Shown piece after piece: positions 41,901 to 49,882 of a stretch of 64,000 bases of DNA. The position numbers and the translations under genes are program-made. This DNA is from a virus, in IMG/VR virus record IMGVR_UViG_3300021963_000055, positions 32,001-96,000 of that record; one strand, given 5' to 3'. Position 1 is the stretch's first letter. Every line of letters starts with the position of its first letter. The notes beneath the pieces are model-generated. The model worked only from the letters and a program-made list of their open reading frames with translations, was not told where the DNA came from and searched no databases.

Positions 41901-42950
41901 TTTGCCGCTGCCAATAATGTTATTATTAGAATCAATACAATTTACTATTTGATCTGGATCAAAACTTCTTTCACGTACCTCTGCTGTAATAGGTCCAACA
42001 TATCCAAATCCTTTATTTGCAATTTTAACTCCATCTACAGCAATTCCTCCAGATGAAGTCATTTTGGTGACAATCATCTCTGCTGTTTTTGTAGTAGTTA
42101 ATGTTAACGGATTTACGGATCCAGTTCCAGATCCAATTATTTTAATTATTGGAGGAGATAGTAATTCATTATTAATTTTTTCGTAATAATATCCAGAACC
42201 ACTATTTACAACTTGAAAGGAACTTATATCGCCAGAATAATTTAAAATATTAATATATGCTCCAAATCCACTTGGATTCAATTTTAATTTTACTCGTTTT
42301 TCATTAAATAAAATTCTAAACAATAATTTGTGAGAATTTTCGGTTCCTTTAGAACGATAAAAAGAATTAATATTTTTTAAAAATGATACTATATTTAATT
42401 CGGGAGTTAATACTTCTGGAAGAGTTGGCGAAATTTCGGATTTAATTCTATTAAAAAATTCAATTGTAAATTGATATGAAATATTGTATACTAATGTGCC
42501 AGATGCATAAGATTTTGCATCTCCTCCGTTTGTGTATACAATATTTGTAGAAGGAATTTTTTCTAATGTAAATGCGCCTGTAGATCGAACGCAATTTAAA
42601 AATTGCTGTTTAGTTTTTGTTTTGTAAAATATTATTTCGTCTTCGATTTGAATATAACCATTTGAATCAGGAAATCCATCAGTGCTGGCAACAGTAAGGG
42701 TAGTTTCAGTTGCAGATATTGAAGAAGAAATACTAGTATACTCTTTTAACTTACTAATAGAGTAATGGCCAATGTTATAATATTCAATTAAATTTTCAAC
42801 AATATCCAAAGAATTATATTTAACTTCCTGGGATTCATAGTAAGAAGTTAAAAATGATATAAATTTTGGATTAGATTCCCTTACAAATGACGGAAGTTGC
42901 TTTTCAATTAATACTGAAGTATTAATAATTTTTTCGTCTAAATTTGTCAT
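32991..42950 (-). CDS. gp7: Giant baseplate wedge initiator (gp7-like) with many repeated beta modules
   Basis: QLPSFVRE..PKFISFL..YY, FYRSKGT, QKIHDSNYYQDWSY, HPTGFK; between g6 and g8; numerous NGVxQxPxxDY repeats. Confidence 0.75.
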   Translation of the reverse strand: MTNLDEKIINTSVLIEKQLPSFVRESNPKFISFLTSYYESQEVKYNSLDIVENLIEYYNIGHYSISKLKEYTSISSSISATETTLTVASTDGFPDSNGYIQIEDEIIFYKTKTKQQFLNCVRSTGAFTLEKIPSTNIVYTNGGDAKSYASGTLVYNISYQFTIEFFNRIKSEISPTLPEVLTPELNIVSFLKNINSFYRSKGTENSHKLLFRILFNEKRVKLKLNPSGFGAYINILNYSGDISSFQVVNSGSGYYYEKINNELLSPPIIKIIGSGTGSVNPLTLTTTKTAEMIVTKMTSSGGIAVDGVKIANKGFGYVGPITAEVRERSFDPDQIVNCIDSNNNIIGSGKVYSWSDSSRELILYQISGYFTSNSRIVGIGGESPRARIAAAYLTETNKQGNPSIEIISIDPKIERPKENVIKGSSANFYERRIIRCELISGAENLDNVKLIELVQSRDLSYKIPGISLQISEIQNLENNLYEFEIDSNLNYKKLFLPPSTIATQTSTVTSNSLSSISTIDAKNFPQKSGKLYINGRVIEYSTRTNTQFLNCRIISGTSPLTISNSTAIYLYGRTCLTSGNVNYFLNGYLNGDRTKSPIIFRMLALPSDITVTDGGALYTSSIFKFNESTTNSILKSKSYNFGSIDEVIIENPGFNYRTNDKLKVDNSFTYGTGFSAYVAQVYGVNISSYNFVTEFGNSYIEINTTINHNLQTNDLLIFDNPLLLKQKVFSVRSSTKFLIPKPKQFSSLIQTLNYTTTSKTAMGGIVKINISSKGNNYKKLPEVIGVETTSGYGALMQLNSSNIGKISAINCQSVTGELIGDRKKQFPIKFSSTAKIKNNFQIASIEVISGGVNYRPTDKIKINGIIDNNYKFKIDTSCGIITNITVINGGSNLNYIPTVTIESEYGVGVELKVNLSRKLIFANDELKIGSFVNPTAICKVINFDVPSSTIEFEKISGTVNNNDLIYLPDGSLYGNIFSIKTASAHAKTSTNVSFPYKFLDNYGFLNDTTQKIHDSNYYQDWSYSIASSKNTLDWKNDVIKNTHPTGFKLFGKNLIHNQTALFKNEQDIFNSSVIFKATLLNLLDLNLKLSDCKTQKISISDVSLFAVGQFIYGNLSGAFGIIQSFSENYIEVLILKQTKFIVGDFIFEVSKEFAATGANQTDYAFVFYSGILQKPIDSYYVSNDNLIFNFALNPTDNIVAHKLTTNFEVLNFVLEGNKLNLLKGRQKFNPQFAERLLISIDGVVQEPTFTVSENVVTFNSIISPESNIFVLYHQNLKVLTFNGSGFNYTLNYTPSDTCNLLIFANSVFQSELVTDFTIFGNQISLSSSVNASDIFGWYIDESVACYLDNINTSQPNKITQIYDCDVHKLNCYIESNAIKTPKSLYQTTKDLLDGTVYTDPDNTTVYGYDTRFTYSNPEYSTSYVEVLNEIKFNGTLTTFALKYADGISYTPINGKNNLIVYVNNTILDSSQYTLSGSNITFNQVYPTGTKCTIVDFISKYLSNTTTSSKGADLDRLNVIQNGTRKTFNLSDRGVPHYVKNLEDIFVIKNGNLIKPDSQSHTVFANKITFNLAPTSTDNIKLAYFNRQLSPQKTKNVLIDPFICFNGVRATFPITLDGILFAPITEHHVIVIRNGVYQKPVTDYIIVGSNITFTTTPLYGEIISMYYAYDGLNQNFEFDTFKKYNGIETKFSLTKNYISINPATSSNLQVIRNGAYQYPGIDYTMAGTSNYNYINFATAPTTDDDIVITAFMGDDLIDITNRFTQENTTSLRYTSQSPIVNTDIFLIYLNGVLQDNTAWNFNTTTNILSFSGSFVSLALDKVSILAFKSQKRFLDQITPERLDSFKEFNGVNKTFALTKNYIKTPILSNTNLQIFKNGKYLHSDVYDVKTSNNSKFIVGQNSAQYLELETAPISTDKFDIRNIVNDDIIDVTNRFSQSSPTQLQYTSTSPTIDTNTFLIYKDTAQGRILLSNETWSFSSNVLTFIQPTNLNIDNLKIIAFKTSKPKIDSFNVIQLDNFKNFNSVNVKFALTKNYLNVTNDSTFHVFRNGVYQYENVDYSIVGPDNSPSIEFLTAPNSTEAVHIVSYPNSDIVDVTNRFTQLSSNSLQYTSLTPIIDTDVFLIYVNGIIQISSWNYNSSTSILTFDENVNLSTDKVKIFGFISAKVQLDSFTVQNNISTYTLQKNNVNIPDNLTKASDLIVVIDGVVQIPEISYTASNNEITLLNQNLNINSTVLIYKLGVNYGTVLLDPIDDNFTKTTFKLQFNYKTHVIFGINSLTVIKNGITLNPITDYANLTGYITFANPILESDAIEIYVNEYQLCTNLIPITTNLPRAQDLILDINDSILVPSVNYTINGNILRLNNVINYVNYRSKVFQISSYNVDVLDYINDNYSKNTYKLSSNYVYYDNTISGNIFVYKNDTLLIPGVDYNYGIGYITFTSNISSSDIITIANYKYNLLKNNTIINTLLPATSENLILLVNGVIQKTSTYNCNSAIIELTNAHELFNIRDYSLSPVHIYQVGTSATDTIIVDYLNDDFSKSTYKLQKNYGSFNPPANSDVFVLRNGVSQNPGEDFIVGNGYITFTTNITQDDEIYIAYRHGTTEIPITNISGTSITLGTAISTNERANLVLHINGVPQFYGQNFTISGNTVTLLSNTEIDSIFAIKYPSIHFLNDPDDCPNGTRKKFRLFYNEQNLISSDIIQDADILISVNGVIQYPGVQYTISPNRGIVEFATPPQFTDEIFRIRMYGNQVVNLTSVSNSNTVYDIDNLSTTENLVVFSNNSWKFNELNEYTYNTGYRITLTSPNTSAYIFGIKFAGVFHLLDQTNTPFNGVNTKFNLFLNEDNFMPPGTVSVDSVASESSLIVTKNGKFLEAGVDYTLQGDIKSQIEFNSPLISTDIVSVKCVGSFNKLNTILVTSATNILEMSSGIPVSTLTRNGILMPILEQIVMTRTGPVQMTNSGVAAKFGPYYPNAIIERPRSHENQILVIKDGNIQSPLYDYYINNDKIIFTNTVAAGSKVVILDFRGTRLDVNVNSRSYQINVGDELHIDGESNPRVVTDILSPTLLKTTSYIGEKPSGFIGSASTTNGKVTSISISNGGKGYKNPTILRTLGTGFGAKITTNINAIKGGTIETPVQIQYPGYNQYGPQIVVPTTYAYSYKQRPLSTSNIKIGTKLTSTINSTSEIIPVANAQNFEQSEIRVEIKSSTGSGATFRPFISNGRIKKIDVLTQGIGYDDRDVEVIVIGGGGSGCVPEVILDSMGRVTSVIVRNSGEGYDTFRAIIDREIIEYTYILSNQLVGCTRSQSPTTHIQNSIVYYDKFI

Positions 42951-45154
42951 GAGCAGGTATCTGGATTTATTGGAGTGAAGTCTTCGATATTTGGATCAAG
43001 TGGAGGACATCCTAATGTAGCAAGTTGCTGTAATGTTTGAGTATCAGCATAACCTTGAGTAATAATTTTATCATATAATTTTTGACAGTCTGTAATTGCT
43101 GTAGTTGGAGGAATAATAACTTGAGAACCGTCTGGATTTGTAGTTATAGAAGTTCCATCATCTTCAATAACTGTAATACTTCCATCAGCATTTCTTGTTG
43201 CACTTCCTAAAATATCTGTGACTGGTGAAATACCAAACGGATCTCCAGTGACAGGAAAAGCACTAGTAGAACTAGTAGCAGTTGGTCTAGGCAATTCAGT
43301 TTCTGGATTTAAATCATTATTTGTATAATCTTTTATATCAATTGGGTTTGTTGCGAACAATTCGGCGTTTGGATATGTATCCGAACCCGTTGTAATATCA
43401 GGACTTTCTGGTATTACGTAAATATTTATTGGATCATCTTGACAAGAAGCTATAGTAAATTCTACTTCTCCTGTTTCATAATTAACACTACCAACTTTAG
43501 CAATTACTCTTTCCTTTAAAGTTAAAAGATAAATATCAGAATTATTTCTAGGTGAACAATCATTAACATTATAACCAGCAAATTTATTGCTAAATGCAGC
43601 TAAGAAAAGAGGTTCATTATAACCTTTAACACAAAAAGCGTCACTGATCATTGTGTATTTGTCTTGAACATTATTTTTAATTTTAGAATAAAATTTTAAT
43701 TTATATCTATAATATAAATTATTGTATAATTCTACAATTCTTTTAAAAATTGGTTTTATTACGACAAATTTTATAGATGAATCTAAATCACGAATTTGGC
43801 AAATTAATTTGGAAGATGAAAATACTCCATTAAAATTTTTAAAATCATCATCTAAATTATATTTTGCAACTTCTTGATTAATTAATTCACTAAGTTTTCC
43901 AGAATCTTTTTTTGTTCTATTTTTTTCGTAAATTATATTAATTGCCATTAAAATATAGAATGGATTTGCATCTTCAATAATTGGAGTTATAGATCCTACA
44001 GTATAGGTTTTAATTTCATCTGCAATTCTTTTCTTTTCAGCCGTAGAAATTTTAGTCCCTACTTTTGGTTTAATTGAAATAAAAACTTTACCATATTCGG
44101 GAGGAGATTTAGTTTCTCCTCCGACAACTCGCACTAAATCTGCATTTGCGTAAATATTTTGCAAGATACTTTCATAATCATCATTAACTACTGCTCTTTG
44201 CTGTGCGGCATAATATCTTGGAGCCCTGTATTTAATTGATTTTATAGGTTCAAACTCAGCCCCACCATCAGTTTTTGTTGATATTGCTAATGGAGTTACA
44301 TTTACATTACCAATTACAGATTCTCCACTAGTATTGGATCCTTTTACTGTGCCAACAAATTTTAATTGTGAGGTATTAATAGAATTTGCAGCAGAACCAT
44401 TAGTAATTACATAACTTATGATAATGACTTCTCCATTCTGTAATTTTCTTCCTATGACATCATCTCCAAAAATTACTTCATATTTCTGATCTTGAACTTC
44501 TTCTACAAAGAAAATTTTATCTGAAGAAGATACTCCAACAATACTAGTTCTTTTCTCATATTCTACTTCTAAATTAGTTGCTGGATCGGAAATTACAGAA
44601 ACTTTAATTGAATTTGCATCTATGAAGTTATTTGGAATAAAAAATCTTTGATTTTCGTTGCTATCATCTACAGTATATCTAATTAAAAACTGTTGCCCTT
44701 CCTGAACAGTAATATTTGAAAATGTTACTGTAGAATTACCTTGGACATTTTCAACAAGTTTATCTCTAGTAATATAAGTGTAAGTTTTATTATTTTCAGT
44801 AACTGAAAATAATGGACCTGGTTCAATTACAACACTTTGGTATTGCGAAACATTATTTACTGTAATATCAAAAACAGCAGTGGATGATGTATAAGAATTT
44901 GGTGTATATCCTAACTTTTTTGCATGGGAAACTACATTATCTCTAAGAACAGCAGTATCTAAATTTAATTCATTCGCCGCCATATTGATATTATATGACG
45001 AATACATGCTATTATACGCCAAAATATCCATTAACATAGACAGATTAGATCCTTCAAAATCGTAATCTTTAAAATCTGTCTTTGTTTTGATGTAATTTTT
45101 AATAGATTCTCTGATTTGAGAAAATTCTAAAGCAGAGATAGTAGGTAGTTCCAT
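42947..45154 (-). CDS. gp6: Baseplate wedge subunit gp6
   Basis: FKDYDFEGSNLSMLMDILAYN, LGYTP, AQQRAVVNDDY, PPEYGKVFISIKP. Confidence 0.95.
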   Translation of the reverse strand: MELPTISALEFSQIRESIKNYIKTKTDFKDYDFEGSNLSMLMDILAYNSMYSSYNINMAANELNLDTAVLRDNVVSHAKKLGYTPNSYTSSTAVFDITVNNVSQYQSVVIEPGPLFSVTENNKTYTYITRDKLVENVQGNSTVTFSNITVQEGQQFLIRYTVDDSNENQRFFIPNNFIDANSIKVSVISDPATNLEVEYEKRTSIVGVSSSDKIFFVEEVQDQKYEVIFGDDVIGRKLQNGEVIIISYVITNGSAANSINTSQLKFVGTVKGSNTSGESVIGNVNVTPLAISTKTDGGAEFEPIKSIKYRAPRYYAAQQRAVVNDDYESILQNIYANADLVRVVGGETKSPPEYGKVFISIKPKVGTKISTAEKKRIADEIKTYTVGSITPIIEDANPFYILMAINIIYEKNRTKKDSGKLSELINQEVAKYNLDDDFKNFNGVFSSSKLICQIRDLDSSIKFVVIKPIFKRIVELYNNLYYRYKLKFYSKIKNNVQDKYTMISDAFCVKGYNEPLFLAAFSNKFAGYNVNDCSPRNNSDIYLLTLKERVIAKVGSVNYETGEVEFTIASCQDDPINIYVIPESPDITTGSDTYPNAELFATNPIDIKDYTNNDLNPETELPRPTATSSTSAFPVTGDPFGISPVTDILGSATRNADGSITVIEDDGTSITTNPDGSQVIIPPTTAITDCQKLYDKIITQGYADTQTLQQLATLGCPPLDPNIEDFTPINPDTCS

Positions 45155-45157
45155 TTA

Positions 45158-45574
45158 CTAGCTTTCTCTTACGAGGATAAAATCTACGGTTTGTAATATT
45201 GGAGGCAATCCAACTATAAAATATTCAATACTTACATCAAACTCATTTGAATCGTCCTCAACATTTACTGTAATATTTTTTAATGTTATTCTAGATTCAT
45301 ATAATTGAAGGACATTTTCAATTTCTTCAATCAAAGAATTAGCGGAAAAAGTTGTTGTCAATTCAAACAAATATCCAGTAGTATTGGTTCCTACATTTGG
45401 ATTGAAAAGACGTTCTCCTAATTTAGTTAAAACTAAATTTTTAACAGATTGCTTGATCGCTTCTTCATTTTTTAATATAACAACGTCTTTTGTAATTGGA
45501 TTTAGGCCAAAATTTAAACTAATGTCTTTAAATGACCTAGATATTTTGCCTAATTCTTCCGAGACAGTAGACAT
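45158..45574 (-). CDS. gp25: Baseplate wedge subunit gp25
   Basis: FKDISLNF..NPIT.D, AIKQSVKNLVLT..GERLFNP, YESRI. Confidence 0.95.
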   Translation of the reverse strand: MSTVSEELGKISRSFKDISLNFGLNPITKDVVILKNEEAIKQSVKNLVLTKLGERLFNPNVGTNTTGYLFELTTTFSANSLIEEIENVLQLYESRITLKNITVNVEDDSNEFDVSIEYFIVGLPPILQTVDFILVRES

Positions 45575-45600
45575 GTATGTAAAAAAATAAGAATTATAAA

Positions 45601-45756
45601 CTATTTAGATGTATCTTCAAAATATTCGCAATAGTCTACATGATAAATTTTTTTATTTGTTTGTTTTATTGGAATATAATCAGTGATTAATCGTGTAGTT
45701 CCCCACATTTGTTTCATATATGAGGTATCTCTATCAGGGTTTGGGTGAATTGCCAT
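45601..45756 (-). CDS. Small hypothetical protein (51 aa)
   Basis: Hand translation MAIHPNPDRDTSYMKQMWGTTRLITDY...; SD GGAG and a late promoter (45818-45824) upstream. Confidence 0.65.
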   Translation of the reverse strand: MAIHPNPDRDTSYMKQMWGTTRLITDYIPIKQTNKKIYHVDYCEYFEDTSK

Positions 45757-45828
45757 CTGTCTTCTCCAAAAAATGGGTCTAACAGAACTTTTAAAGGGGT
45801 TGCTATCCCTTCGGTAGTATTTATGGTT

Positions 45829-45854
45829 AAAAAAAGAGGGTCTAACGACCCTCT
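45829..45854 (-). terminator. Rho-independent terminator
   Basis: AGAGGGTC-GTTA-GACCCTCT plus T-run on minus. Confidence 0.9.
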
Positions 45855-45860
45855 AAATTA

Positions 45861-46004
45861 CTATTTTCCCTGTCCTCGATAAGCTTTTTTACGTCCATTT
45901 CGACTAGTTGCCGAAAGTTTAGTGTTTTGTGAACGTCCTTGACGAGTACATTTGGGTTTCCCAGGAACATAGCTGGTCTTATTGAAACTAGGTGATTTTG
46001 CCAT
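45861..46004 (-). CDS. Small basic protein (47 aa) ending YRGQGK
   Basis: MAKSPSFNKTSYVPGKPKCTRQGRSQNTKLSATSRNGRKKAYRGQGK; resembles a family found next to PAAR/g25 in cyanomyoviruses. Confidence 0.7.
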   Translation of the reverse strand: MAKSPSFNKTSYVPGKPKCTRQGRSQNTKLSATSRNGRKKAYRGQGK

Positions 46005-46006
46005 AA

Positions 46007-46330
46007 TTAACTCACGAATAAATTTGTAGGAGCTGGTAATATTGTACGTGGAGAAGCTGGATTTGTCAAGTCCCCTACGTGTGCGGATGGCCTTCCATTA
46101 ATAAAAACTTTACTTGGCGCAATAATTGTTCTTGCTAATGGTGGACAAAAAGTGTCTTTACATACTGGAAAACCTGGAGCTGGGGTTAAAACGTCTCCAG
46201 CTTTTGCTCGTGGGCGACCTTGAGAAAAAACTGTAGATATGATAGGTGTAACTACATTAGGAGGGTATACACAACAAGGTCTAGTAGATACAGAGTCGGG
46301 GTTTCCTAATGCTGCAATTGGTCTTGTCAT
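46007..46330 (-). CDS. PAAR-repeat spike tip protein (gp5.4-like)
   Basis: RPIAALG, GRPRAKAGD, KVFINGRPSAHVGD; Cys/His metal ligands; ATGA overlap at 46330. Confidence 0.85.
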   Translation of the reverse strand: MTRPIAALGNPDSVSTRPCCVYPPNVVTPIISTVFSQGRPRAKAGDVLTPAPGFPVCKDTFCPPLARTIIAPSKVFINGRPSAHVGDLTNPASPRTILPAPTNLFVS

Positions 46331-49300
46331 AGAACCTCTTTGTTTTGAATCTCTACTGGCCAATATTGAGAAATGTAATTGTCTTTTCCATAACTATGTA
46401 CTGTAAAAGTACTGCCTTCAAATGGAACTAAAATACTTCCAAATAGATAAACTTCACCCGACTCAATAGTTCCAGATCCATCTGCAGTTGCAGTAAATAC
46501 AGTTCCTGCAGTGTACCCATCAGGAGCACCATAATCTTTCCAATTTACACTTCCGAGAGTCTTTATTATATATGTAATTCCTTGTTCGATAAATGCAGAG
46601 TTAGAACTTTCTTCAAATGTATAAGTTGTATTAAACATTTGACGTGTGCAACTTAAAAATTGAGTTTCTGTTTTATCTTTATAATATATAATTTCCTCTC
46701 CCAAATAGTAATGCATTAATGTTTCATTTTTTGTTTCTAAATTTATATGTTTTTTGATAATAAATTTTGGAATAATTATATACCCAGAAGAAATAAATTG
46801 ACTTGTATCATCAACTTTTATTACAGTATCATTTGGTTTCAATTCTTCTGTTAATTTTGCATATGGGGGTTCATCAATAAATGGATTTCCTTTATTTTTA
46901 ACTGCTTTTGCAATTGTTTTGCTTACTTCATTTACTCTAAAGTTTAAAATTTTTGGATATCCCGATTGATAATTAGTTCCATATATATCGGATGCAAGAT
47001 TTGCTTCTCCATGCCAAATATATTGCGGTGCAGGTCCTGCAGCCCAAGCTTTTGTCCCACCACCCAAAACAACATTAAAAGGCTCAGATGCTGTGGTAAC
47101 ACTGGTTATAAACCCATTTGAATCTTTATTGGTGAGAATACGAAGGCCATCTATAGGATTAATATCAGGACCAGTTTGACCGTTTGAACTAGCATTCCCA
47201 GTCCATCTAGGAATAGATTTTAACATAATAGTAATTCTATTCTCTTCTGAATCTGGAATTAAACTTGAATCACTAGTAAAACTAAAATCATCAATTATAT
47301 ACTCTAAAGATTTAAATCTTGGAGGAATACGATATCCAGTGTTACTTCTAAATATTTTTCCAGATTTATCTTCGCCCTCAATAGATGGAGGTAAGTTTGG
47401 AATAGTAGTTTTCTTTGGTACAGAAGAACCAATTGTACCTACTGCCCTCAAAAGAATATTTTGTAAAGAATTTTCATCTGAAATAACTCTTTTATACATT
47501 TCTTGTGGAAGATTTAATGAAGCTACATCAAAACCTCCCTGAAGATTTGATGTAATAAGATTACTTAATTCATCTTGATTTAAAGCATCAGGAGTTTTAA
47601 CATCTACACATTCATCATAACCTGCATTTTTTTCAACTGGATTAATATATTCTTTAAAAGTATCAAATTCTTGATGTGGATAATATACTTTACTATAGTC
47701 TGGATTAATTACACTGTCACATTCTATATCTTTGACTGATACCACAACTTTATTATTTAATCGTTGGTTCTCAAAATTTATAATTTCTTTTTGAATTGCA
47801 ACATAATTAGAATTTTTTAATTTTAAAGTCCAAGTTTCTAATTCTTCTTTTTCAGCAGGCCGTTTAAAATAAGTCCAAAAAATATTATTTACTTCATATC
47901 TATCATTTGTGGCAGGACTAACACATAAAAATTTCTCTTTAATGTAGTAAGTTCCATCATTTAATATTACATTTCCAAGTAAATATTTGCCAGTTTCATC
48001 CTCAAGAGGAGTAGTTTCACAAAAATTATCTTTAGAATAAAATAATGGAGTATATGTATAGAATTTTTTGTCATTACTGATATAAACTCCGCATACTGCA
48101 GATCTGTCAATAATACCTTTACCTGCAACTACTTTAATTCTATTTGGCGCAATTAGAGCAGAACCCTGAACTCGGGTTACACTCCAACCACGAATATAGG
48201 TATTAACCTTGTTGCTATCACGTTTAAACCAAACTCTAAAGGTTTTTGTATTTACAACGTCTACTTTAGAGACAAAATTAAAAGAATTTTTGACTCCAGA
48301 TGCAGATTGATCATCAGTAATTCTAATATTTACATCAGATGGTTTAGTAATTGTAGTTGAATCTAAAAATGTAACTTCATAGTACTTCCTATTCAAGCTA
48401 TCATTAGATCCACCTTCATCGTTTTGGTTCTTTGCTACAACTTTAATGTCCTTTGAGCTGCTTAGTTGTATATTTTTGTTTTTATTGTCGTTAAAAACAT
48501 GATAAACAGTACTTGTATACTGAGGAGTTGAAGGGGTATTTTTTGCATAGAAGGCGTCTTTAACAAAATTAGCACTTCCACCACTAATTTCTGCGTAACA
48601 AAGAATCTGATTTGAAATATTATTTACTAATTCTGTCTTAGTAAAGGCCACATTACGAACTTTTCGCTTATTTTTGTACTTTAGTGGCTTAGATAAGAAG
48701 ATTTTAAGCCCTTGAATACCTTCAACAACAGTATCTTTTTGAATTCCATAACCAGAAACCTTATCTCCAATATTAATAATTCTATCTTCAGTATCATCAT
48801 TTTTGTTTACAAAGATAAATGATGGGGTTTTATTTTTTTCAGATAGTTTAGAGACTCTTCTACGAACGGTTTCTGAAGTACGAATGGTTTTTTCGTTCAA
48901 ATATTCTGAATTATAGTTTACAACTTTATTTACAGTCCAACCATTGATGACATCACCAACGGCAATCATATCTTTATTAGCAGTATTTTCATAAAAGAAA
49001 AAGATTTTATTGTCTATTGTACCACCATGATACACAATAGTTCCTTCTGGAATTCCCTCAACTTGACTATCAACTCTAGCTAAGTTAAAAGTGCCAGATA
49101 CAGTAGTACTTTCAACTGCATAAACTGGACAACCTGCCGCACCGTCAGGTGAAGGAGGTGGAGTAGTTACTGTAATGCCACCAGCAGGACGACTTGGCAA
49201 CGTATGAGTTAGTGGCCATTCAAAAATATGAAAGAAATATTGTTCATCATATGAAGGATCAGCTTTGCAATATCTTCTATAAACTGGTTTAGAAATTATT

Positions 49301-49623
49301 TCATCATCATTAGATGAAATAATTTCATACTCTGGCTGATAATAAACAGTATCAATAAAATTAACTACGTCTCCACTTGCGTTTTCTGGATTATTCAGAT
49401 CAGGAACTTTGATGATAGACTTTTTTAGTTTTTCTTGCTTAGTTCCATTTATAATTGTTTTTCTAGATGCACTGGGTGGCCTGACTTCAAACCAGTGCTT
49501 TTCTTTATAATTAAATTCTATTGTAATTTTAGCTGGAGGTCCATTTTCTGGCGGAGGGCACTGATCATAAGTAAAAGTTAATTTTGCATCAATTGCCTCT
49601 GATTTTCCACTGCAGTTAGCCAT
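46327..49623 (-). CDS. Large hypothetical virion/baseplate-associated protein (1098 aa)
   Basis: Long AT-rich ORF upstream of PAAR; C-terminal IKVDDTSQF..SG...EEIIYY.DKT...F..CTR module shared with the gp7-like and VrlC-like proteins. Confidence 0.65.
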   Translation of the reverse strand: MANCSGKSEAIDAKLTFTYDQCPPPENGPPAKITIEFNYKEKHWFEVRPPSASRKTIINGTKQEKLKKSIIKVPDLNNPENASGDVVNFIDTVYYQPEYEIISSNDDEIISKPVYRRYCKADPSYDEQYFFHIFEWPLTHTLPSRPAGGITVTTPPPSPDGAAGCPVYAVESTTVSGTFNLARVDSQVEGIPEGTIVYHGGTIDNKIFFFYENTANKDMIAVGDVINGWTVNKVVNYNSEYLNEKTIRTSETVRRRVSKLSEKNKTPSFIFVNKNDDTEDRIINIGDKVSGYGIQKDTVVEGIQGLKIFLSKPLKYKNKRKVRNVAFTKTELVNNISNQILCYAEISGGSANFVKDAFYAKNTPSTPQYTSTVYHVFNDNKNKNIQLSSSKDIKVVAKNQNDEGGSNDSLNRKYYEVTFLDSTTITKPSDVNIRITDDQSASGVKNSFNFVSKVDVVNTKTFRVWFKRDSNKVNTYIRGWSVTRVQGSALIAPNRIKVVAGKGIIDRSAVCGVYISNDKKFYTYTPLFYSKDNFCETTPLEDETGKYLLGNVILNDGTYYIKEKFLCVSPATNDRYEVNNIFWTYFKRPAEKEELETWTLKLKNSNYVAIQKEIINFENQRLNNKVVVSVKDIECDSVINPDYSKVYYPHQEFDTFKEYINPVEKNAGYDECVDVKTPDALNQDELSNLITSNLQGGFDVASLNLPQEMYKRVISDENSLQNILLRAVGTIGSSVPKKTTIPNLPPSIEGEDKSGKIFRSNTGYRIPPRFKSLEYIIDDFSFTSDSSLIPDSEENRITIMLKSIPRWTGNASSNGQTGPDINPIDGLRILTNKDSNGFITSVTTASEPFNVVLGGGTKAWAAGPAPQYIWHGEANLASDIYGTNYQSGYPKILNFRVNEVSKTIAKAVKNKGNPFIDEPPYAKLTEELKPNDTVIKVDDTSQFISSGYIIIPKFIIKKHINLETKNETLMHYYLGEEIIYYKDKTETQFLSCTRQMFNTTYTFEESSNSAFIEQGITYIIKTLGSVNWKDYGAPDGYTAGTVFTATADGSGTIESGEVYLFGSILVPFEGSTFTVHSYGKDNYISQYWPVEIQNKEVL

Positions 49624-49646
49624 ATTTATTAAGAACGGATAAAGCC

Positions 49647-49829
49647 TTAGTCTCCTACTTTATGTATGCGAATTCCTGGAGTATCATGATGATCAAAGTA
49701 CTCAAACTCTAAAGTATCTCCCTCTTGCCATTGCATCTCATCGAGGATCTCATCAGGAAATGTAATGAAGTACTCACCAGATTTGTCATCATATTGCACT
49801 TCAGTTGTAAACGAAGAAAGACTAGACAT
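49647..49829 (-). CDS. Small AbrB/MazE-like (swapped-hairpin) protein
   Basis: GEYFITFPDEILDEMQWQEGDTLEF pattern. Confidence 0.6.
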   Translation of the reverse strand: MSSLSSFTTEVQYDDKSGEYFITFPDEILDEMQWQEGDTLEFEYFDHHDTPGIRIHKVGD

Positions 49830-49882
49830 TTTTATTTTTTAAAACTTACAGTATATAGCCAAAATAAATATTTAAAAAACAC

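Noticed and set aside
86-47542. Many short plus-strand ORFs antisense to core genes (e.g. 4169-4564, 11385-11789, 29741-30094, 33088-33516)
   Set aside because: They are antisense shadows of well-supported minus-strand genes, with no motifs or expression signals.
49623-49629. ATAAATA as the late promoter of the 1098-aa gene
   Set aside because: It overlaps the annotated ATG, so transcription would start inside the ORF; not listed unless the true start is downstream.
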